A stretch of DNA of 64,000 nt from an uncultured virus (IMG/VR IMGVR_UViG_3300008120_000036). Taxonomy: Duplodnaviria > Heunggongvirae > Uroviricota > Caudoviricetes. The position numbers were made by a program, and so were the translations under genes. The stretch lies in IMG/VR virus record IMGVR_UViG_3300008120_000036; one strand, written 5' to 3'. Position 1 is the stretch's first letter; each line of letters opens with the position of its first letter. The notes beneath the pieces are model-generated. The model did no database searches. It was not told the DNA's origin and saw nothing but the letters and a program-made list of their open reading frames with translations. Below are positions 27,314-35,945 of the stretch, in pieces.

Positions 27314-30300
27314 TTACTCGCTCTTCATACTGTCTAAGAAATTCTTCAATTCTTCAAGGGGAATTGAAATACTTTCTTTCTTTTGGACACTTTCTTCAGT
27401 CACAGGCTCTGCATCCATTGGCGCATCATCTTGTGAATCTTCATCTTCAGTTACTTTCTTAATAAATTCTGCAAGAGTAACTGCGATACCACGAAGAATG
27501 CCTTTAGTCTTATCATCAGCACCTTCCATTGCAGTTTCAATCATGTCTAGTAATTGATTACCTGCAACATCAAGCGCATCCATATTCTTGTCTTTCATTG
27601 CCTCATCAAAAGCACTTGCTATGGTGTTCATACCTTCTAGCATCTTTTGTGGCAACTTAGCATCTGAAATCATGGTTTGAATTGCTTCAGAGAGAGTATC
27701 AAATCCAATGATTTCTTTCTTATCGGATTCATCTTCAGAATAACCCATCTTGGCATCCTGCTCATCTTCATCCATAGGGGCGTAACCTTTTTCTTCGCCA
27801 CCCTGTGACACATCAAGAATTTCACGCAATACTTCAATAGCCTGCTTTACCAAATCCATTTGTTCAGCAGAGAGCATACGCTCTTTCTCTTCAGTATCCA
27901 TCATTTCTTCAGTTTCGTCTTCAAGCATTCCCATTTCTTTACCTTCTTCTGCTTCAGGAATTTCTACTTCAGAAGATTCTTCAGTAACTTGTGATAACCA
28001 AGATGCTGCTCCGCCACGAAGTTGCTTTAGTGCAAGTTGTGCTTCTTTAACAGAAGTAGTGCGTGCTAATGGCATTGCACCGAATAGCACTGGGCTGTAC
28101 TCATAAAGTTCTAATGTGCTAATTTCACGAACACCAGATTTTTGGTCAATCTTTGCACCGCCAACTGGAACATTGTAACCAATTGACCATTCTTGCTCGT
28201 CACCAAAAAATACAACATCTGCATACGCTTCTTTACCGCGTTGTGTTTGTAAATTGAATTGTGTTTTAACTGCGAGCGCACCTGCCTCTTTGGGCCAAGG
28301 CTCACCGTTTGGCATAACTTTTGGAAGTGATACATCTCCAGGAAGTAATTCTTTTACGCCAAGTGTTTTAGAAACTGGTGAATCCCAGTCATGACTCCAT
28401 ACACCTTTTGGCTTACGCTTTGCAAGTGTCTTTGCATAAGCACCTGGCATGATTCTGTCTTTAACCTCATCAACAATACCAGTAACGCTTATGATTGTTT
28501 CTACAATGCCTTCTTCTTCAGAAACGACATTAAGACCTTTAACGCCTACCGTCTTATGCTCTAACATGAACGCTCCAGTATCTTTAGTCTGATTTTCACT
28601 GTCTTCAGGATAATCGGTATCCCATTGAATTGGTGTTGAGAAACTCATAGATTTCTTATTTCTCCTATCTCCAGGATACATCCCAGTCATTTCTTTGTGT
28701 CGCAAAGTGCAGTAGCCTTTTGCCCTAACACCAAGATATTTTGATAATTGCCTAACACAACGAGTCCAATCTCCATCAGTACCCCAACGGATTTTTAGAC
28801 CGCCTTTTCCTACAGTCCAATAACGGCGTAGTTGTTCTGCTTGACCACGATTACGGTCTGCTCCTCCAGCCTTTTCTTCCCCCACCATATCAGAAGTGAT
28901 GTTGCCACGCTCTTCATATATTTTAGTAAGGCGGTCAACTTCAGTCCAGTCTTCGTCATCAAACGCATCAAATAGTGCTTGAATCTCTTCGTCTGTTAAC
29001 TCTTTAGTTAAATCAATATCGTCAATGGCATCTTCAAACGCTTCCGCTACAGCATCCTGCAACTTGTCATTAACTGCTTCTCTTTGAGTGTTAATGTCAG
29101 GTGTCATTTTTGCCTTCTTTCCGCGTGAGGCTTTTGGATGCCCAGAGGGTAATAAATCGTAATCTACAGTATATTGCACCCTCTTTGGTTTTCCCTTTTC
29201 CAACAAGTATAGAAAAGCATTTACTCTAGCAACAGCCCACTGATTGCGTGTCATACCAGGTCTATGAGAAGTGGAAAATGCTCCAGCACCTCTTCTAGCC
29301 ACTGCTTTTAAGGCACGAAGATTTGCATATGTCCAAGTTGGCTTGCCTTTTTTACGCATCTTTTCATTGTGTTCTTTTACCTTGTTTTTTAAGGTAGTTG
29401 TAAGACCTTCACCGAAACTAATGCTTCCGCCTCTAGCAGCAGAATTTGGCTTATTGCGCTCGCTACCAGTAACTCTTTCTGATGGCTTAGATGGTTTAGA
29501 GCCAGGAGTCATCTTCTTAGATACTTTGTCATAATCCTTGATTGTCTGTCCAGGTTGGATGCCAAGAGTACGACCATTACTTACATGGGAAGTCAAAGTG
29601 TACTTTTCAAGTGGATTATCGTCATCATCTAGTTCTGGAGAATTATCTATTGGTTTAGCCTTTTCAAACTTATCTGGAACTAACCAAAACTTAGATGGAA
29701 GAATTGCAGTCTTCTGTTGTGCGAATCCATTCTTGCGAGTGTTATACCAAGAATTTTGTCCACGCGTTTCTGTTGTTAATGCTGCCCTTGCATCCATAGT
29801 AAACATTTGTGAATGGTGAATCCAAGCAGACTCTTCTCCATCTTGTCCGAATCCACGACCTGTAGCAGCGTGACCGAAGAAATCGTGTACTGCGCGAAAT
29901 TTATTATTCTGCTCATCAGTTAGATATGGATGTGAGCCAGTTGAGGCTGTATCTAAAACTCTTAACTTACCCTTGCTAACTTCTTCAAACATTTCTTTAG
30001 AAGTTTTATATGGGTCTTCTGGAACGAATTCAACTTCAATACCCAATTCTTTAGTCATGTACTCATATTGCTGTTCTATTTCTTTAGCAAGTTGGTCATA
30101 AAAAGGTAATGCTTTTTCATCATAGACTGGCAATGCATCATATGCATCAGCAATCTCTTCAGCACGCTTACGATTAGCCACTGTTATTTGATAGTCAATA
30201 TCTTCGTCATGCTTGATTTCATATTTCTTAGAATAGGCTAATGCACCATCTCTAGCCTTCTTTACAGAATCTTTATTAAACCGCGTAGGCTTTTTGATAT

Positions 30301-30445
30301 CAGGTAATTTATCGTCTTTAATTACCGACCCAATAGGCTGGTCAAATTTTCTAACACCATCAGGAGTACGGACACGGCGTTCTTTACCTTCTAGTAAGTC
30401 CACAATTTCTTGCAGTCTTTTTAGTTGGTTAATGATTATGTCCAC
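27314..30445 (-). CDS. Multidomain prohead (maturation) protease with N-terminal accessory domains and C-terminal scaffold
   Basis: HK97-type protease: GIVDEVKDRIMPGAY, WSHDW (His), EWSIGY (Ser), LYEYSPVLFGA; N-terminal part includes an FRAVHDFFGH domain and two other modules. Confidence 0.85.
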   Translation of the reverse strand: MDIIINQLKRLQEIVDLLEGKERRVRTPDGVRKFDQPIGSVIKDDKLPDIKKPTRFNKDSVKKARDGALAYSKKYEIKHDEDIDYQITVANRKRAEEIADAYDALPVYDEKALPFYDQLAKEIEQQYEYMTKELGIEVEFVPEDPYKTSKEMFEEVSKGKLRVLDTASTGSHPYLTDEQNNKFRAVHDFFGHAATGRGFGQDGEESAWIHHSQMFTMDARAALTTETRGQNSWYNTRKNGFAQQKTAILPSKFWLVPDKFEKAKPIDNSPELDDDDNPLEKYTLTSHVSNGRTLGIQPGQTIKDYDKVSKKMTPGSKPSKPSERVTGSERNKPNSAARGGSISFGEGLTTTLKNKVKEHNEKMRKKGKPTWTYANLRALKAVARRGAGAFSTSHRPGMTRNQWAVARVNAFLYLLEKGKPKRVQYTVDYDLLPSGHPKASRGKKAKMTPDINTQREAVNDKLQDAVAEAFEDAIDDIDLTKELTDEEIQALFDAFDDEDWTEVDRLTKIYEERGNITSDMVGEEKAGGADRNRGQAEQLRRYWTVGKGGLKIRWGTDGDWTRCVRQLSKYLGVRAKGYCTLRHKEMTGMYPGDRRNKKSMSFSTPIQWDTDYPEDSENQTKDTGAFMLEHKTVGVKGLNVVSEEEGIVETIISVTGIVDEVKDRIMPGAYAKTLAKRKPKGVWSHDWDSPVSKTLGVKELLPGDVSLPKVMPNGEPWPKEAGALAVKTQFNLQTQRGKEAYADVVFFGDEQEWSIGYNVPVGGAKIDQKSGVREISTLELYEYSPVLFGAMPLARTTSVKEAQLALKQLRGGAASWLSQVTEESSEVEIPEAEEGKEMGMLEDETEEMMDTEEKERMLSAEQMDLVKQAIEVLREILDVSQGGEEKGYAPMDEDEQDAKMGYSEDESDKKEIIGFDTLSEAIQTMISDAKLPQKMLEGMNTIASAFDEAMKDKNMDALDVAGNQLLDMIETAMEGADDKTKGILRGIAVTLAEFIKKVTEDEDSQDDAPMDAEPVTEESVQKKESISIPLEELKNFLDSMKSE

Positions 30446-30456
30446 TGTACACCCGA

Positions 30457-30741
30457 CTACTTTCTGGTAATAAGTATCTGGTAAATCTCATCTACACGAC
30501 TTTCAAGTTTATACACTAAAGATTTAGTTTCTTTAGTATCTACCTCTAGTCGGTTAATCTTATCTGCTACTGAACTTCCACCATTCGGCTTCAATTCTTG
30601 AACTGTGCTTGCAGTTGTTTTTAGGTCATCTATTGCATCACGGAAATAGTGATGTACTAGCCACCTAACAATAGCAATAAATCCACCTACAAGAGTAACT
30701 ACTGATACGCCTATTGCGCCAATCTGCTGAATGGTTGTCAC
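30457..30741 (-). CDS. Single-TM membrane protein, holin-associated
   Basis: N-terminal TM, PNGGSSVADKINRLE motif, coiled coil. Confidence 0.6.
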   Translation of the reverse strand: MTTIQQIGAIGVSVVTLVGGFIAIVRWLVHHYFRDAIDDLKTTASTVQELKPNGGSSVADKINRLEVDTKETKSLVYKLESRVDEIYQILITRK

Positions 30742-30764
30742 TTTATCTATCCCTATAAAATTAG

Positions 30765-30797
30765 GTAGGGGTCTAAGTAATAAACCTAAACCCCTAC
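30765..30797 (-). terminator. Hairpin after the holin
   Basis: GTAGGGGTTTAGGT-TTATT-ACTTAGACCCCTAC. Confidence 0.5.
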
Positions 30798-30814
30798 GAG
30801 TTTACGATTAATTA

Positions 30815-31024
30815 CTATGCACCGCGCCCAAAAGCCTCGTCATTGGGATTTGCCCAACGCAATGCCACTGGGAGGAGTGCTGCTACACCTGCTGAAACGA
30901 TTGCCTTTAGACCATCAGCATTCAGGGCAAAAATATCGCCACCTGTTGCGAGGAAGGTTGCTAAAGCAGCACCTACGAATGAACGACCATAAGATGCCAA
31001 TGCTTTTTTAGTTTTAGAACTCAC
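30815..31024 (-). CDS. Holin-like two-TM protein
   Basis: SYGRSFVGAALA...LPVALRWANPNDEAFG. Confidence 0.65.
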   Translation of the reverse strand: MSSKTKKALASYGRSFVGAALATFLATGGDIFALNADGLKAIVSAGVAALLPVALRWANPNDEAFGRGA

Positions 31025-31141
31025 TTGGTTCTCCTATTCACGCTTAGTACCTGAAATTTCAGGACACACTTAGTGTACTAGTTACTAAGGTGAAAAGACC
31101 CTCAACTTGCGATATTTTTATTTATTAGAAATAAATTGAAG

Positions 31142-31555
31142 TTATTTGTCTTTGTCTGGAAGCCTGTGACGAATAACTCTACGAGTACGCATTCTTCTGC
31201 GCTGTCTAGTAATTGCCCTTAGTTCTTCGCGCCTTGCAGGTAGCCCTGCGTGTAGTGGTGTTGCTGTAACTAAAGTAGCACTACCAGAGTAAACATCTTT
31301 AGATTCATCTTTGGGCTTTTTATCCCTATACGCTGGAACAAAATATTGCCCATACTCTTTACGCAATTCATCTATAAGACTTTGTGGCATAGCCCTACCT
31401 ACAGGCAGATAAAGTAACTTAAAAAAGTATCTTCTTAGTTCATTTTTATCTTCATACATAATCTTAAATTCATCTAAAGTACTCGGCAAATCCCAAGTAT
31501 TTTTAGTCCAGTCTGCCAAATTTAACTTGGCATCAATATTATTATTTATTTCCAT
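31142..31555 (-). CDS. Hypothetical protein coupled to the ART gene (candidate immunity/partner)
   Basis: Start overlaps the ART stop; ADWTKNTWDLP motif; basic tail. Confidence 0.5.
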   Translation of the reverse strand: MEINNNIDAKLNLADWTKNTWDLPSTLDEFKIMYEDKNELRRYFFKLLYLPVGRAMPQSLIDELRKEYGQYFVPAYRDKKPKDESKDVYSGSATLVTATPLHAGLPARREELRAITRQRRRMRTRRVIRHRLPDKDK

Positions 31556-33897
31556 GCTATTTCTGCCTTTCCTAGACCACCGAGGACAACTATTTCGTTT
31601 TCACTAAGGCATCCCACACCACTAAATGCTGTACTAAATACAAGTTCTGCTGGAACAATTGTTCTTAAAACAATCTTGTATGTGCCATTATCTGCAAAAG
31701 ACTCTGCTTGCTCTTGGCTTAATGACCATGAAGAGATTGGCTGCATAGATATTTCACTCTCATATGTATCTAAACTAGTAAATGAATCTCTCAAAATTTC
31801 AGACCTTGCTTCATCATAACCATTATCATATTGCCATGAAAATACAGCATCTTTTTCCATAGTTCCTTTATATTCATCAATCATTTTATCTTCATTATTA
31901 GAAAACCAACTTTTATATTCTTGACTATCTTCAAGCCATTCATCACTTCCATCATTTTCTGGAGTAATATCTGGGAATAGTTCGCTAAATTTATTTTTAC
32001 TATATTCTTTCATAGAATAAGTTAAATAATTCCTATCAATCCAATCAGCAATATATTCTTGTTTGCGTTCTTTTAATGATACATCAGTAGCATTTTGTGC
32101 TTTCTTAAAATTATCAGATTCTTTTAAGAAATCTGGTATTTCATCTTCACTATCAAAATGCATACCGCGATATACCTCAATATATTTGACATTATTACCT
32201 GCCAAGAATTCTTGTGTTTCAGCATACATAGCACGAATCAATGTTTTTCTGAATGTTGACATTTCTTTAATGTTTTCGTAAATATTAGCACTCATATGAT
32301 TTGTTGCTGCTTCATCAAGTTCAAATGCTTCTTTAACATCTAATTGAAAAGCGACAGATTCAGGTTTAGTATCTCCAGAAGTACCAGCCCAAGACCTAAT
32401 TTGATAATTTGTTTCAAGCATGAATATTAAAGATTCTGTGGAATGAGAACTATAGTTATCATACTCTTTCATATTACTTATTAAATCCATTTCGTATAAT
32501 ATTCTATATCGCGCTAATGCTTCTCTATCTTTAGTTTTAGGAAACATTTTTTTAGTCCAAGAAGCCCAGTCTTGATTATTTTCTGGCAAATCTAAATTTT
32601 CATCAATGTTAATAAAAGAGCCATATTCTCCCTCTAATGCTTCTTCAAAAGAGGTTGTCAAATCAATCATGTTTAAGTTTCTTAAAAATTCATATCTAGT
32701 TTTTTGTGAATTTTCATCATTTGCCCATTTTTTATTATATCCAATATTTAATACGGTTGTTTCAGTAAGTTGTTTAATGGTTCTACCAGAGTCATTAACT
32801 TTACTGTCTAAATATAATCTAGTCCATGTTTGTAACTCTGGGTCAGTATCTAAATGGTCTAAAATTCTTTGTGCAACACGATATTGAACATTAGCCTTTA
32901 AGTTTTTAGCATCAGGAGAATTTCCTTCCCAATCGTATTTATCAACAGTTAATGCGTTATATAATTCCTGTACAGTTTCTTGACCCTGTGGAATACCTAA
33001 CTTATCAACATCTTTCCAATTACTTTGATAATCTGGCAATTCACTATATACAGGTGTGTCTGGCAATTGTTCAGTATCTTTTTCCATTACAGGGAAGCGA
33101 GTACTGCTACCAGCAAAATATTTATCTAGATTAACAATTGGAATTGGTTTTCCAGTTGCTGTTACAACTTCATCACCCAGACCATCCGTAGCATAACTAA
33201 CTTTAATTACTGGTCTTTTACGAGGCTTTGGTTTTTCAGGCATTCCTGGTAATTCCATTTGTAAATCTGGAAGTACATCATCTTTAATAACTGTTCCGAT
33301 AGGTTGACCAAATCTACGGCGACCTTCAGGAGTCTTTACACGCCTTGTAGCCTTATATGCCTGCGCTAATAAATGTTTTGGAGGATTTGATTCATCTAAT
33401 ACATGGAATGCAGCAGTCTTTACATCAGTATTTAATACACCAGCCAATTGCTGTAAGTTTTCAATTTCATCACCGTTAGGTAGCCAGACTGGTAATTCTT
33501 TTTTACCGTCTTCACGATTCCAGCGATTAACGAGCATTGTTGCCCATGTACGACCAGCATCACCACCCCAAAGTAGCCATGCAATCTTTCCGTTACTTGG
33601 TCTTTCTTGGTTATCCCAATCTTTACCTTGCTTATCAACCTCATGACGGTCAAAGTAAGCCTTCATGCGCCGAACAGTGGATTCAGATAAATTCTTTCCA
33701 TTAGAAATATCTCTAGCGCGTGCAACACCAACCATAGTTCCACCGCGATTAAATTTACGGCGTAGTTCTAGTCCACGCTTCGCTGCTGCTTGCGCTCCTT
33801 TAGGTGGCACACCACCACGCGCTTGTTTACGCTCCAACATAACGAGCGTTTTAAGTAGCGTGTGTAGATACTGGGAATCAACTTGTACTGGCTTCAT
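31546..33897 (-). CDS. Head-module protein with C-terminal ADP-ribosyltransferase (R-S-E) domain
   Basis: VYRG...SSWS...ENEIVV triad; N-terminal RGL..RGGT.VG..RA..IAWLLWGG module; RRVKTPEG..GQPIG motif. Confidence 0.7.
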   Translation of the reverse strand: MKPVQVDSQYLHTLLKTLVMLERKQARGGVPPKGAQAAAKRGLELRRKFNRGGTMVGVARARDISNGKNLSESTVRRMKAYFDRHEVDKQGKDWDNQERPSNGKIAWLLWGGDAGRTWATMLVNRWNREDGKKELPVWLPNGDEIENLQQLAGVLNTDVKTAAFHVLDESNPPKHLLAQAYKATRRVKTPEGRRRFGQPIGTVIKDDVLPDLQMELPGMPEKPKPRKRPVIKVSYATDGLGDEVVTATGKPIPIVNLDKYFAGSSTRFPVMEKDTEQLPDTPVYSELPDYQSNWKDVDKLGIPQGQETVQELYNALTVDKYDWEGNSPDAKNLKANVQYRVAQRILDHLDTDPELQTWTRLYLDSKVNDSGRTIKQLTETTVLNIGYNKKWANDENSQKTRYEFLRNLNMIDLTTSFEEALEGEYGSFINIDENLDLPENNQDWASWTKKMFPKTKDREALARYRILYEMDLISNMKEYDNYSSHSTESLIFMLETNYQIRSWAGTSGDTKPESVAFQLDVKEAFELDEAATNHMSANIYENIKEMSTFRKTLIRAMYAETQEFLAGNNVKYIEVYRGMHFDSEDEIPDFLKESDNFKKAQNATDVSLKERKQEYIADWIDRNYLTYSMKEYSKNKFSELFPDITPENDGSDEWLEDSQEYKSWFSNNEDKMIDEYKGTMEKDAVFSWQYDNGYDEARSEILRDSFTSLDTYESEISMQPISSWSLSQEQAESFADNGTYKIVLRTIVPAELVFSTAFSGVGCLSENEIVVLGGLGKAEIAWK

Positions 33898-34112
33898 TAG
33901 TCCACCAAAGGAAACTCTATCGGGCTTGGGAAGTCATCAATGATTATATTAAATTCTTTTCGTGCTTCTTTAATGCTTTCTAAAACATCACCAGGAACAT
34001 CTAACATACTCTTAAATCCTTGATTTTCCAAAGGAATGTTAATTGCATAGCCATGTGTTAAGTCAACAATGATTTGTTCAGGGATATCAAATTTCTTACT
34101 TGGACTAGTCAT
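33897..34112 (-). CDS. Small acidic protein following the metallopeptidase gene (candidate immunity/partner)
   Basis: 71 aa; abuts both neighbouring genes. Confidence 0.5.
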   Translation of the reverse strand: MTSPSKKFDIPEQIIVDLTHGYAINIPLENQGFKSMLDVPGDVLESIKEARKEFNIIIDDFPSPIEFPLVD

Positions 34113-35945
34113 TTACTCTTCCTCATATTCTTTTTCTAGGAAATCATCTAGGGCATCTGCGAGCATATTACCCACTTCTGTGGCTAATGGTCTAGGGGAA
34201 GGACTGTACATATATTCAGCCCATGATTCTGCTAGGAACTCATGAAGGCTATCTGTTCCATAGGTGGATAGCAACTTAGATACATAAGATTTATCAAGTG
34301 TTACATATCTTGGGTTATCTGGGATATCAGAGTCCTTATTCTCAACTAGGATTCCGTACTTTCTAAATATCGTCAGCATATTTTCTACGAAAGCCTTTTT
34401 ACGGTCTTCCTTATTGCTCTTTCTTCCATTCAAATCACCCATAGCAATACGCGCTACAGTGTGACCAGTTTCGTGTAACAAGATGCCGAAGAAGAGGCTT
34501 TCCCATTTTTCTAGGTTCTTATCAATTGCTACCTGTGTGTTATTTACAGACCACCATTTTGGGTCTTGAATATACAAGCGTTCTAGTTTCCAAGGTTCAA
34601 AGTCATCTCCAAATACAGCCTTGTCTAATCCAACGCCAGCATAATCCCATTCAATATTGTCATCAACATAAGGTAGATAACGCTTTTGATATTGCGCCCC
34701 TAACTTAAAGAATGGTTCTCCAGCGTGAACATTGTAGGCAAGTGCATTACCTTTTGGAACTGAATCTAATGCGTAAATTGGCTGATAGGCACTAAATCCA
34801 GGAAATAAATCTTCCATTGCTCTGGCAACTACATTGATACTTTCTTGTGCTTCGTAATGAACTTCAAATCTAGAAGTAGGAGAAGATTTTTTAATATCAA
34901 TTCCCAAGTCCATTTTTTCTTTTTCAATAGCCATCCAGCGTTGTTCAATGTCAGTTTCATCAATCTGGTCTTCGTCTTCATTAACCCATTCAATACCATA
35001 AACTCCTTGGAATACATCAAAGAAGTTTTCGTGTGAAGGTTTAGCACCTGCATATTCTGCATATGCTTTTTCAATATATGGTCGCTTTAGTTCGCGTTCC
35101 ATTTCAAGATAAATTGTTTCTTTATTGCGTGCGAATATGTCTTTAATTACTTCAGTCTTATTGTCTTTATTGATTTCGCTCATCTTCCATCTATCACCAC
35201 CGCCAGTGACAATAATGGTGCGCTTGTTTTTAGGGTCTTTTGCAGTGTATGTATGAACTACACTTCCAGAACTCTTATCGCGTGAATGTTTAATCTTAAA
35301 GAATGGAATATCAAATTCAGGTGGTGCAATCTTTTTACTTTTACGCGTATTGGTCTTTGGCTTTCCAGTAGGCTTCTTTGCAGTAGGAATAGCAGCCATC
35401 TCACGAACATCAGGTACATAATCAGGGCGAATTACCGAACCAATAGGTTGGTCATATTTATCTACACCTTCAGGTGTACGAACTCTCCGTACTTTTTCTT
35501 CTGGTTTATTTTTATCTGTAATTGGTCCGCCAGAAATCCACGCACTACAAGTACGAGCAGATGCACACTTAAAATCAAATGCTTCGCAATATCCTAAATC
35601 GCCTGCTTTGATAGTATCCCAAGCGTTTTCTTTTGTATCACCTTCTGCTAATCCATCCTCAATGCATTTTTTCATTTTGCTTGTTTGGATAAATGCAGCA
35701 CAATTACCACAACGCTGTTTCTTAGCATCACTAGTAGATACATCCCAAATATCAGCAAGTTTCTTCCAATACTTTTCGTTTGGCTCTTCTGGATTTAGAG
35801 GACCATATTCAGCAACATCAATAGCCTTTTGACGATTCTTCAAATTAACAGAAATATCCCTAGTAGCAATTGGGCATGAGTTTTTAGCCTTACCTTCTAA
35901 GGAAGCAATAAGTGCGCCAAGGACTTCAGTAATGCGGTCAGTCAT
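34113..35945 (-). CDS. Head-module protein with Cys-rich N-domain and C-terminal zincin metallopeptidase
   Basis: LLHETGH (HExxH)...YG...HEFLAESW; N-terminal CGNC...GYC...C...C; RRVRTPEG..DQPIG motif. Confidence 0.7.
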   Translation of the reverse strand: MTDRITEVLGALIASLEGKAKNSCPIATRDISVNLKNRQKAIDVAEYGPLNPEEPNEKYWKKLADIWDVSTSDAKKQRCGNCAAFIQTSKMKKCIEDGLAEGDTKENAWDTIKAGDLGYCEAFDFKCASARTCSAWISGGPITDKNKPEEKVRRVRTPEGVDKYDQPIGSVIRPDYVPDVREMAAIPTAKKPTGKPKTNTRKSKKIAPPEFDIPFFKIKHSRDKSSGSVVHTYTAKDPKNKRTIIVTGGGDRWKMSEINKDNKTEVIKDIFARNKETIYLEMERELKRPYIEKAYAEYAGAKPSHENFFDVFQGVYGIEWVNEDEDQIDETDIEQRWMAIEKEKMDLGIDIKKSSPTSRFEVHYEAQESINVVARAMEDLFPGFSAYQPIYALDSVPKGNALAYNVHAGEPFFKLGAQYQKRYLPYVDDNIEWDYAGVGLDKAVFGDDFEPWKLERLYIQDPKWWSVNNTQVAIDKNLEKWESLFFGILLHETGHTVARIAMGDLNGRKSNKEDRKKAFVENMLTIFRKYGILVENKDSDIPDNPRYVTLDKSYVSKLLSTYGTDSLHEFLAESWAEYMYSPSPRPLATEVGNMLADALDDFLEKEYEEE

